Part shown: in pieces, positions 27,901 through 39,856 of the stretch | Numbering within the stretch: the first letter of the stretch is position 1 | Layout: each line of letters opens with the position of its first letter | Position numbers and translations under genes: made by a program | Assembly (NCBI RefSeq): GCF_964355755.1 | Contig: NC_092674.1 | Coordinates: forward strand, 9,238,001 to 9,302,000 | DNA length: 64,000 nucleotides | Source of the DNA: Antedon mediterranea | Taxonomy: Eukaryota; Animalia; Echinodermata | Direction of reading: 5' to 3' | Notes under the pieces: model-generated | What the model was told of the DNA's origin: nothing | Database searches by the model: none | Seen by the model: the letters and a program-made list of their open reading frames with translations, nothing else

Positions 27901-28044
27901 TAGCCGCCTGTGATCAGTGCCAACGGAAAGAAGTTTTAAAAAAAGCAAAAGTGCCACTTCAACCTATACCCGTAACAGATACTGCTTTCAGACAGATCGG
28001 TATGGATATTGTTGGGCCTTTGGTAAAGACAGAAAATGGTAAGG
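24948..28044 (+). pseudogene. Ginger1/GIN-like (Gypsy-integrase-related) transposase, two spliced exons, truncated after the first catalytic Asp
   Basis: Exon 1 is 24948-25195 (MADHEF..YL...YP...RRKAKNF..LYY...IH..HGGHLGVNKT). Intron GTAAGT...TTTAACAG spans 25196-27838. Exon 2 starts at 27839 in phase (WKKIRERYYWKG...CDQCQR...LQPIPV...FRQIGMDIVGPL). This gives a YPYY-type motif, an H2C2 zinc finger and the start of the DDE core. Confidence 0.85.
26370..27100. mobile_element. One arm of the GACCACCTCT foldback family, inside the Ginger intron
   Basis: Shares AGCTATCCATCTATCCACGTCTCGTAA and the subrepeats with 22425-22940. Confidence 0.7.
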
Positions 28045-28449
28045 TATCTCATGACAAATTACTGAAAAACAAAAATGCTGTGACTGGATAAAAAAGCTAA
28101 ATCAAAACGTAAAAGTAAAAAGCAAGAAGACATGAATGAAATACGTTCAGAAATGATGCTGAATTAAAATACACTCGTACACCATACGCACCAATCAAAA
28201 ACCACCTTGCACGGAAATACTGGGATATTGTATCCGATGTGACCCTCAATGCTGCTCTGGTAGATAATTACGAAGATGAAGCGGTAATGCGTTCCGAAGG
28301 CATTATGGACGTTATATACGTATCTGAATTCACGGACACACATTATGACATTGAAGCAGTCAACCATCTAAAAGATGATATCGATCCAAATATATTCAAT
28401 TTGCTTTGTGACATGGAACATTTCCCGGAAAGGATTCATCAGAGCAACA

Positions 28450-28893
28450 ATGAAGTACCTGGACAATTATATGTTGATTCATACAACGTCACTCTTTAAC
28501 TGTAGGCCTACCTATGACCGGTAATCTCAACATACACAGAAGCATTAAATGGTGAAAAGGGTATTTGTTTACCTTATAGAGGTAAGTTTCGTTAATGCTT
28601 TGATTTTTACAGGTGCTTCCGTCAAGAGGAGATTGTCGGCTTTGTCTGAAACTCATCGACGAAGAAATACCAATTGCATTTGTCGGACCAGAAAGAAGAA
28701 CATAGATTCACCACAGCGGCTAATTAAAGCGTCACCATCTTTCATTGAATCAACAGAAGACGAATATCTGAGCATAAGTACGTCAAAGGCTCAAGGGGTC
28801 TAATGGCAGATAACAACAGATCAAATACAGTGTGTCCAGTGTAAACATGCAATGATGTGTCATGCGCCCTGCTTTGATCGCTACAAGGATTAA
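28450..28893 (+). pseudogene. Decayed piggyBac (PGBD-like) transposase C-terminus
   Basis: Fragments V.SYN, then HRSIKW-(frameshift)-KRVFVYLIEVSFVNALI (compare KWWKRLFFYLLDI..VNA), and a terminal CVQCKHAMMCHAPCFDRY matching the piggyBac Cys-rich motif CxxC..C..PCF..Y. Confidence 0.6.
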
Positions 28894-29637
28894 AAAATTA
28901 ATTAAAAAGCAGATTGTATAAAAGAATAACGCGACTAAAGGTCCGGTAAGGTAAAAGTACGTGAATTAGATTGTAAATAGTGTTTATTTTTATTGTATTT
29001 TTATGTTTAAAAAACTTTTTCATATTTACAACTCATATGATTCTGTTTCATAATGTTATGCAATTTTCTTCTATAATATGTTTTCTTTGGTCAAAGGGGC
29101 ACATACAAACGTGCAACCTACCCTCGCTATGATCATCAACCTTGACGTGGTAGCGAGGCTTGCGTGCTTCCAATGTATTGGTAGCCAGACCAATGATGAT
29201 CAATAACAAAGTAAAATAAATACAAACACACTTACTGAAACAAGTTTTAATAGCAATAAATAAATAAATAAATAAATATTTTTCTGTAACTATTGTTCAT
29301 TATCATTACACTATTATTATTTTATCCTGTTAATATAAGTAATGATCAATGATATATAATTTATGTTTACAAAACTCGTTCATATTTACAACTCATTCTG
29401 ACAAGACAACAACATTTAATATTTTTGTAATTCACAATTCATACATTTATTTGTAATGTATTCATGAATTTGCTTTTCCTTCATCCAATCTACATAGTAG
29501 ATGGATGAAGCTATTGTTCTAACCACGTGACTATGTAGCATAGAACATTAATTCTAAACCGCCCGGTAATATACTGAAATTTAATTAATTAATTTGAAAC
29601 GATAAAGATGAGGAAATCTGTGAGAATGAGTTAAAGT

Positions 29638-29709
29638 CGCCCCAACCGAGACTCGAACTCGGACCGCCTGCTTGATATGCAGATGTCCTAACCGTTAGAC
29701 CACTGGGGC
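29638..29709 (-). tRNA. tRNA-like gene, anticodon ATC (Asp), copy 1
   Basis: GCCCCAG/TTGGGGC acceptor stem, GTCT..GGAC D arm, TCTGC-ATATCAA-GCAGG anticodon arm, CCGAG-TTCGAGT-CTCGG T arm. Probably a tRNA-derived repeat rather than a working tRNA. Confidence 0.6.
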
Positions 29710-29908
29710 TTTCACGGTATTGTTCGAACTCGATTGGATAGCGACTCTTTAACATTCTCGGCGTGGTACGGCGGAACAGCACTAGTCCTCAGTTGTAAAC
29801 ACAACAGGCATAGAAATAAATTCCAAACCGCCCGGTGATACACTGAAAATGATTTAATTAATTTTTGAAACGATAAAGATGAGGAAATCTGAGAGAATGA
29901 GAAAAAGT

Positions 29909-29980
29909 CGCCCCAACCGAGGCTCGAACTCGGACCGTCGGCTTGATATGCAGTTGCCCTAACCATTAGACCACTAGGGC
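29909..29980 (-). tRNA. tRNA-like pseudogene, anticodon ATC, copy 2
   Basis: Tandem duplicate (unit about 270 bp) with a damaged anticodon stem, followed by TTTTT on the minus strand. Confidence 0.45.
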
Positions 29981-30051
29981 TTTCATGGTATTGTTCTTTA
30001 ACTCGACCGGATAACGACCCTTTAACATTCTCGGCGTGGTACGGTTGGAAC

Positions 30052-30326
<275 letters not shown>

Positions 30327-31104
30327 GTATTTGTTATATTTACAATAATGTACACTTGTTACTGAACTATGGAGAATTTTTTTTTTCCGAAATAAAAGAA
30401 GAATGAATGAATGAATTTATTTTCAATCTTTCTACATAACAACAAATATATAGTATAACAGGGGAGTAGCGGAAAAGCAAAAGTAAAGTAAATTTGAACC
30501 AGCCAAACATGTATGAAACATTATCCAGTAAGCACATTTTATAAGAAGCTTTTGTTTATTAAAATGGGTTTCTCTGAAATTCCAGAAGTTTATTAAACAT
30601 TGAAAATAACACAATCGCCTTTAAACAAAATGCTGTTCAAAAAAAGAATCGGTTGAAGCAAGCGTTCTTATAACATCCGATAAAATGAAGGTTCAATAAA
30701 GTAGCCCTATTAACAAATGTATGAGGTCTCAGGCCTATCCCATATTAATTATTTTTATAGATACATTAATTTTAAGATTCCAGATACCGAATTGTTGTTT
30801 TTTTACATAACAAGTCATTTTTTCTTTGAATATAAATTCTGATTTAAGGACAAAATACTAAAATAAATACTTACACCAAAGGTGCATAAAAACGTGTTGA
30901 TGTGGCGCTATATCGATGTCATTATCTTTGCATTCACCCTAGACGCACATAGTGTGACACCCCTACCATATTCTCGATGCGACGATCAATGTACCAATTA
31001 ACATAATACTTCAGTAAAACTGATTATGTTTTTTCAAGAGATCAGCTATATCGTGTTGATTATAAAAAGGTGCAACTTTTAATTGATTGGGGATTAAACA
31101 AGTA

Positions 31105-32500
31105 AACTATTTATTCTTCTTGTCTTTACTCATACAAAATAATATAACGGTCGCTAATTGGAAGTGTCTTAAAGTAAAGTGATCTTTAATTGAAAAAGGA
31201 CCAGTACAATTACTTGTTTTTTATCACATGATTAAAATCTATTTATTCTTCTTGTCTGTACTCATACAAAATAATATAACGGTCGCTAAATGGAAGTGTC
31301 TTAAAGTAAAGTGATCTTTCATTGGAAGAGGACCAGTACAATTACTTGTTTTTTATCACATGATTAAAATCTATTTATTCTTCTAATTGTCTGTACTCAT
31401 ACAAAATAATATAACGGTCGCTAATTGGAAGTGTCTTAAAGTAAAGTGATCTTTAATTGAAAGAGGACCAGTACAATTACTTGTTTTTTTGTCATATGAT
31501 TAAAATCTATTTATTATTCTTGCCTTTATTCATACAAAATAATATAACGGTCGCTAATTGGAAGTGTTTAAATTAAAGTGATCTTTAATTGGAAGAGGAC
31601 CAGTACAATTACTTGTTTTTTATCACATGATTAAAATCTATTTATTCTTCTTGTTTCTATTCATACAAAACAATAATAACGGTCGCTAATTGGAAGTGTT
31701 TAAATTTAAGTGATCTTTAATTGGAAGAGGACCAGTACAATTACTTGTTTTTTATCACATGATTATAAACTATTTATTCTTCTTGTCTGTACTCATACAA
31801 AACAATATAACGGTCGCTAATTGGAAGTGTCTTAAAGTAAAGTGATCTTTAATTGAAAGAGGACCAGTACAATTACTTGTTTTTTTGTCATATGATTAAA
31901 ATCTATTTATTATTCTTGCCTTTATTCATACAAAATAATATAACGGTCGCTAATTGGAAGTGTTTAAATTAAAGTGATCTTTAATTGGAAGAGGACCAGT
32001 ACAATTACTTGTTTTTTATCACATGATTAAAATCTATTTATTCTTCTTGTTTCTATTCATACAAAACAATAATAACGGTCGCTAATTGGAAGTGTTTAAA
32101 TTTAAGTGATCTTTAATTGGAAGAGGACCAGTACAATTACTTGTTTTTTATCACATGATTATAAACTATTTATTATTCTTGTCTTTACTCATACAAAATA
32201 ATAAAACGGTCGCTAATTGGAAGTGTTTAATTTTAAGTGATCTTTAATTGGAAGAGGACCAGTACAATTACTTGTTTTTTGTCACATGATTAAAAACTAT
32301 TATTACTCTTGTCTTTACTCATACAAAACAATAAAAATGGTCGCTAATTGGAAGTGTCTAAACTAAAGTGTTCTTTAATTGGAAGAGGACCAGTATAATT
32401 ACTTGTTTTTATTACATGATTATTATTATATTGTTATTTATTCTTCTTGTCTTTATTCATACCAAATAATATAATGGTCGCTAATTGGAGGTGTTTTAAG
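31105..32500. repeat. Satellite, about 133-bp unit, about 10.5 copies
   Basis: Recurrent AACGGTCGCTAATTGGAAGTG...GGACCAGTACAATTACTTG. Confidence 0.95.
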
Positions 32501-32679
32501 CCAAGTAATCTTTGAAAAATAAAAACTAGTTTGGCATTATTAACAAATAGTGGTCGTTAAAAAAAGACAAGTGCATGCGCAATCACGATCAAAACCTGAA
32601 TCTCAAATCTCAACCACGGACGGTATTCAATCCAAGGGTCAGACATTATTAAACGCGCCGGACAGCATTAAATTGTTGG

Positions 32680-33507
32680 AAAACGCCCGCGAACCCGTTG
32701 AAACATGCAATTGGACACTATCCAATGCTGAAAAGTGTCCACCCGGACACTTTTGAATGATGGACACATTTCAATCTTACACCGGCACCATGCCGGCATC
32801 GACATGACCTGCTTTAGACCTAGTAATATTCTAGGGATATTCCCCGCAATGCCAGACGGGCATTCTGTGAGAACGTATTGCCGTTATATTCCGGGGTTCC
32901 CCGTCGAGGCTTTGACCCCTTGCGCAGTCAAGTGTATCACTTTGGCGCCTATTCAATTCAATTAACAATAATAATGTCGAACTGGAGGGATAATGAGATA
33001 AGAGAGCTGCTTAAAATAAGGGGACAAGAAGAAATTTGTAGCATAATCTATATAGGCCGCTAGGCTAGGCCATTAGCTCTTTGTTTGTTGGTGCCTGACC
33101 TTTCGTCGCCTTGTAACTTGTAGGCCTACAGCCTTCTAAGGTGTTTTACAGATTGCCGATGACGGCAAATTAATTGCTATACCTGTATAATATATGCACA
33201 ATATACTGTACATAGCATGTATTGCATAAATATGCTATAAAGGAAGATAATAATCTGTAACTTAACATTCGCCGCCATATCATCGCTAGACAAAAATAAT
33301 AACAATAAAGGACGCCCTCAATAATTATTTTGTCAGAGACTTTTTATTGGCCGAATATGCCCGACTCCTTTCTCACAGAAAGCCGGTATATACCGGTTAT
33401 ATTTCCGGCACGATAGTCCGATGAGAATGGGTATATGCCGGTAACGATACCGGCACGACGCCAGCACTGTACCGGTATATTGCAGGCACATCTGTGAGAA
33501 AGGGGCT
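32680..33507 (+). mobile_element. PIF/Harbinger-like remnant with a Myb/SANT-like fragment
   Basis: MSNWRDNEIRELLKIRGQEEI (about 32973-33036) resembles helix 1 of Harbinger Myb/SANT proteins. CTGTGAGAA subterminal repeats; terminal CTGTGAGAAAGGGGCT. Confidence 0.6.
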
Positions 33508-34379
33508 CTATTTACATATTTATATTCCTCAACAAATTGCTGTAAATAAATATTATAGATAGAGCTAGCAAATAGCATTTGCCTTCACCCAGTGTGCTTT
33601 TTTTCGGGGCGGCTCCTAGATATACGTTCGCATTGAACTTGAACGCAAAACAAAATACGGAGTAAATGATCAAACAATCGGCGGTTCCGCACAGAGCACG
33701 CGCATCTAACATACGGCAACAAATAGTTATCGTCATTTAAATTATCGACGTGTTTGAGGAGGAGGAAAAAAGTACGATCTTTTTGCTAATTGGTTATATA
33801 GCATGCTGCACTAGTGTCTTTCCGGCCATCTAGGGGTGTCTTTCCGGCCATCTAGGGGTGTCATTTAACAAAATTCGCTTCGCATCAGGCTTGGGAAGGG
33901 GGGGGTTTGGGGTGACCCAAATATTTAGTGTCCGAACCCCACCTTGACAGATCCTGGCTACGGCCCTCCACTCACTAGCGGCCTAACTGGGGGCCTAACT
34001 AAATTAAAATACAGTATACACTGCCCACTATCAGGCCATCCATATCCTCCCCTTCATCGTTACCGCGTGGCATCGTGCAGATGTACACTTCTAGCTAACT
34101 TCCCACCCACCCTAGCTCTCAGGGTATGCACTGCGCTGCCACTACAGTAGGAGGCCTAGGCCTAGCCTATTTCGGGTCTCATGTCTTGCAGCATTTGAAA
34201 ATACGTGACTAATATTGTACATTATTATTATTTTTTATTCGCACTGGAAGTATATAGGCTTTCCTGTCATGTTAAAATTAAAGTATATTATTTATTATCC
34301 ACAGCAGTGAAAACAATTATTATTTTTCGATAAATCTCGGGTCGCGTGTGTGAAAAAACTCTCAGCAAGTTTGCTTCAT

Positions 34380-34800
34380 TAATATGCATGAGACTCTGTG
34401 ACGACCCACTTTAACGTGACGTCATTTTACTTTAGCTGCATGCGAAGAAGTAGTCACCGTTATTATTGTGATTTAAATGTAAATGGTTTAAATTTTGCGG
34501 TCCGCCTCGAAGTATCTGTGGTTAACCATCTTGAGGTTTGATTCATGGAAAAGGGAAGAAATTATGTAAACAAAGTAAAATAAAAGTTTCTTTGGGATCT
34601 GGACACTTTCCGATTAATTCTGTGTGTTTACATTGATGTTTGGTTAGACAACTTTGTTCTTTAACCGAAACATCGTGGATATTGCCTTGACAACGACTTT
34701 ATTCCGGTTCAAATTTGTCCGCCGGAATGGCGTCCATGGATTACAATACAATACAAAGGTCTCGCCCAGTTACCTATCGGCGCTATACAATCTTTGGTAT
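34380..34800 (+). repeat. Inverted copy of the 20075-20277 promoter-like block
   Basis: 34382-34458 is a near-exact reverse complement of 20198-20274. 34716-34796 matches 20079-20187 in blocks, after an extra segment of about 250 bp. Confidence 0.85.
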
Positions 34801-36782
34801 AAACCAAAGATCTTATAACACAAGATTCTTGTGTTATAAGTTCTTTGGTATAAACACCGTACACTGTTAGCATGTTACTTTGCTGGCGAGATGTTTTTGT
34901 GGCCTCCTCCTTCCATTATTCGCACCTAGCTAGGCCTACCTAGGCCTAGGCCTATTCTTGTATTAAATTGCGACTCCAAATTTCTTGGATCGATCCATTA
35001 ACTTTATCCTAAATACTTAGAATACGTTTTACAGACGTGTTGTTTCTATTTCGCACATAACATTCTACACAACTTACTTGTTTACCTCCATGCTAGGCTA
35101 GGCCTAGGCTAGGCCTTTTTGCGAATTATACTGACGAGTTCACTAGGCCTAGAGTACCAAAAAAGAACTTACAATACAAGTTCTTTGCTAGACTTGCCCC
35201 AAGCAAGTCTGTATTGTTTTTTATTTATTTTTTTTTATTTCGGCCGCGATTTTTGTCATCCAAAATCAAGTAATACACGTATGAAACGCCATATGTGCAA
35301 AAATATTTATATTTTTACTAATATTAAGAAAAAACTCTGTCTGGAGCCCAGACTAGTTCTTTGCTAGTACAGTACTCCACTACAGCAGACGGCACATGTC
35401 TACTATGGAACGCCATCACTGCCTCCGGCAGCAAATGTTAATTCTATTCGGCTCTTTTAGCATTATGTTCGGCTCTTTTAGCATTCGGCGCATTTCTATT
35501 CGGCCCATTTACCATTACGTTCGGCTCTTTTAGCATTCGGCGCATTTCTATTCGGCTCATTTAACATTACGTTCGGCTCTTTCAGCATTCGGCACATTTC
35601 TATTCGGCCCATTTACCATTACGTTCGGCTCTTTCAGCATTCGGCGCTTTTTTATTCGGCCCATTTACCATTACGTTCGGCTCTTTTTTATTCGGCCCTT
35701 TTTTTTTCGAATCTTTCTGCATTATTTCGGCTCGTTTTAAATCGGCCTTTTTTTATACGGCGCAATTAAATTCTAACCTATGACATGGGGTCAAATGAAA
35801 GAAAATCAACGGCTGGAAATGAGTCTATGAAAAGTTTACAAAACATTTCATCATCATGGCGCCCGCCAACCATGAGTAGCCAATCGATTAAAGATGTGTT
35901 GAATAACCTAAATTTAAGTTATCTTTTAACAAATTTTGAGAGAGAAAGGGTAAATTATTATTATTCAATGTGGGTTAGATCCATCTCGGCCGCCGGATTA
36001 AAAAGCCGAATTGTATGGCACGCCACCGATGCTTGTATTGTGAGTAATTAAAATTTAATGCAGCGCATACGCACGCATTTTACATGTAGGCCTATACTAA
36101 TTAATAAATTTATTAATTAACTTTTAATTATTGTTTTAATAAATGCTTTTTTTCTAAATTTTTCAGATTAATAAATTAGTAGTAGTGATATCAATCAATA
36201 TCAATATATTTTACTATTCGATTTATTTTATATCTAAAGCTGGCTAACTTAAACAAAATATTATTTGTGATACCCCTAAAGGTGTCAGATGAAATCAGTC
36301 GCGCTTGAAATCGGTCGCGATAAAATCAACATCCGGTATTTTGTATGAAGCGCCGCTAGATACGCTTTTTATCATATTAGTTACGTTTATCGGTCGCGTT
36401 TTATTTTGGTCGCGCTAATTTGTATATGGCGCATTAGATACATTTTTAATGAAAACGCTCATTTTGTTTTCAGTTAATTTTGAATATTAGAATTTCTATA
36501 TTGACATTATTTTTAACCTCGATCGTTATTTTTTAAGTACAGTAAATATAAATATTATCTCATTATTTATAAATAATTTGTGTTTTCATTTTATTTACAG
36601 GTTTTAATGAAGTGTAATGTGTTCTTTTAGAAAATCGTTTTAAAAATGTTTTGTTTTATTGAATATTGTGCAAGTTTTTGAAAAGATTGGCATGCCACTG
36701 TTTAAAGTTTTGAAAATAATAAATAATAATGTAATAGTTAAACAAGTAGACGCGCCTATTGCGTATTTTTTAATCACAGTTA

Positions 36783-38020
36783 CAGGGCGGCTGAAAATTA
36801 ACGGTCGCCCGGTCGCCAATGGCGACCTTTATTTGGTAAGGGCGAGTATTAATTTTGTGATGGTCGACCCGTCTGGCGACTTCCAGAAACTGCACCCACC
36901 TACCTTTTATAACCAATCTAGGCCTAGCTAGGCTAATAATATATAAGCTAAGTTATAAAGCTACAAGCCTAATGGCAGTCCCTCGTTTTTAAGGATCGCG
37001 AGCGCGATCGCACTCAACAACCTTCGAAAAGGAGAGCAATTAATCGCGCTCCATCTCACAGTGCGAGGTACCAACAAAGGGGATTCCCCTGCCTGCGCGC
37101 ATTCAAGGGCGAGTTTACTTCATCGCCTCATAGTGCAACCAGTACGGTGTCATAGAAACACCTCCTTACAGGAAGAACATGTCCCAACCAATAATTTTTC
37201 CCTTTATGCTTACTACATGTTTTTATGGAATGAGTTAATAAAATATACTTAATTTTAAAAGGAAACATTAATATAGGAGGCCTAAATATTATAATGTTTA
37301 TTATTTAAAAAGCTTAGCTGCTGGTTGCTTTAATTATGTCATTTTGAAGATGGATTATTTCTTCGAAAGTTCTAACCAATTTTGGTCACTCAAATCCTCC
37401 TCAAAACACGTGCTGACGTGGGACGTCAGCATCTTCTAGAAGCTCTCTCAGCCCTCCCCTATTGTGCGTGCGCCCATGTGTGACACATGTAAACACGATC
37501 AAATATCTTTCTTAATTATTTTAAAATGACACTTTGTAACTTATTATCAATATTTTAATGGCTGTTGCATGTTAGAATTGTATAATTTATGAATCGCAGG
37601 TAAATATTTTTCAGGTTTTCTGTCTGATTTCTAGGCCAACAAGCTAGGCTAGAAAAGATAGGCTAAAAAAAAGGCATAGTTGGCCAGGACAGGATTCTCC
37701 AGGCTCCTGAAACCCAATCTACCCAGGCCATAACAAAAAAAATTGGCTTGAGTTTTTTTACTGTAGAATAATACGATCCCCACGGAAAATATTGTGTGTG
37801 AAGGTGGGTGTGGGGATTTTAGGGGAGAGGTACAGTATACATACATTTGTTGTGCCCGGCGGGGGGAGGGGGGGTTAGGGGGTTATCCCCCATCCCTGTC
37901 GGGCAAAAAAAAATTGTACAAAAAATTAATAAGGGCCAGCCATTTTTAATAAGGGCGACCATCCTTCAACTTCAACTGGCCCTGCTGGCCACTATGGTTT
38001 AAAGGTTAATTTTCAGCCCT
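36783..38020. mobile_element. hAT-like non-autonomous element nested in the 5.3-kb element
   Basis: CAGGGC(GG)CTGAAAATTAAC / GTTAATTTTCAGCCCTG termini. No clear TSD. Confidence 0.55.
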
Positions 38021-39371
38021 GCTAATTCGAAACTCGTTCTATACCAGCTTAGAGGGGTGGCTTAAGAGGTTTATGCAATAAAGGAAGATGATGCATGGAT
38101 GATGATTTTTGCATTCGATATCCGCCACTTTGAAGTGAGCATGGTTTTGGGATAATAATAAAATATACAGATACTATGCCGTTATAAATCAATCTACTGG
38201 CCCTACAGGTACAATTAATGATAGATGTGAGAATAATGTATGGATAATAAGGTAAGGTAATCTGTACTGATATTTAAACATTTAGATTTACGAACGGCCT
38301 ATGAATGTGAGACACTAAGTTGCACTTACTTAATTATTTACATTAAATGATTATTATAAATGAAGAAATAAAAGATTTTTCAAATTAAAATCTATAGTAT
38401 CGCCGACGTATATACGTAAATTATATATAAATCCTACTGTCAAATTATAGAAACAGTGCTCATATTCGGAACATGATCTCATAATCGCGTCGAGCATTGG
38501 ATCGTTTCACAAAAACACGTGCAAGAGGCCTCCTATACACGTTTCAAACGTATGGTTATTAGTAATAGACGTCATCTTTACCTGGCCATGGACAACGATC
38601 GTACGTGTTTTGTCCATGATTTGACACACTAACAAGTGCGTTTTTTTAAAAAAGGGGAAACCCCGTCAGCAAAATAACGTATTGTTACGGGAAACAGCTG
38701 CACGATCATAGAAGGCGCATCTCCAATATGGCTTATTCGGGGGTTTATTTCAGTAACTCGCATATGATGATCATTTTACTAAAAACTATTTTAAACATTA
38801 GAAATAAAATATACACGTGATGTGCCTCAACAATAATCATTATAAACTTAATATTATCCTACATCACGGATATAAATAAAATAGAAATAAAAATAAGGTG
38901 ATCGAATAGTATGTTGTTAACGACATGGATATGATATAATCTGCCACAGTATGCATAAGTATAAAAATGGATACGCTGGCTTTACGGGCTATAGGCCTAT
39001 TGTAAAAATTATTGTTTGTAAAAATTATTGTTTTTAAATAAATTGTTCTCTTTTACGTAATTGTTTGCATAATAAAAAACACAGACGTATATTCTCTATA
39101 TAATATATTAAGTAATACAGTACATATAAATAGAGGTAAATTATTATATGCCAAATATAATATTATGCCTAATATAATATTTAGAAATGGCCATTTTGAA
39201 AAGACAGTCCTTCTCCGAGACCTGTGGAAATAAAAAAAAAATTAGTTTAATGATTGATAATAAATATTTATTAACCAAATAAAAAATATCCACATAAATA
39301 ATCTAGTTCCTAAAAAATATCAATTAAATCTATATAAACGAAAAATGTATATCCTGCTCTAGGTCGTTTAC

Positions 39372-39856
39372 AAACTATCGAATCTTTATACAGTATTGCA
39401 TAAAATAATTTACGTCCGGTATTGCCGAATCTTAATATCTCATTTACATACTATCAAATCTTTATACAGTATTGCATTAAATAATTTACGTATGGTATTG
39501 CCGAATCTTAATATCTCATTTACATACTATCGAATCTTTATGCAGTATTGCATTAATAATTTACGTACGGTATTGCCGAATCTTAATATCTCATTTACAT
39601 ATTATCGAATCTTTATACAGTATTGCATTAATAATTTACGTACGGTATTGCCGAATCTTTATATCTCATTTACATACTATCGAATCTTTATACAGTATTG
39701 CATTAATAGTTTACGTACGGTATTGCCGAATCTTTATATCTCATTTACATACTATCGATTCTTTCTACAGTATTGCATTAACAGTTTACGTACGGTATTG
39801 CCGAATCTTTATATCTCATTTACATACTATCAAATCTTTCTACAGTATTGCATTAT
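39372..39856. repeat. 78-bp minisatellite, about 6 copies
   Basis: Recurrent GGTATTGCCGAATCTT...ATCTCATTTACATACTATC. Confidence 0.95.
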
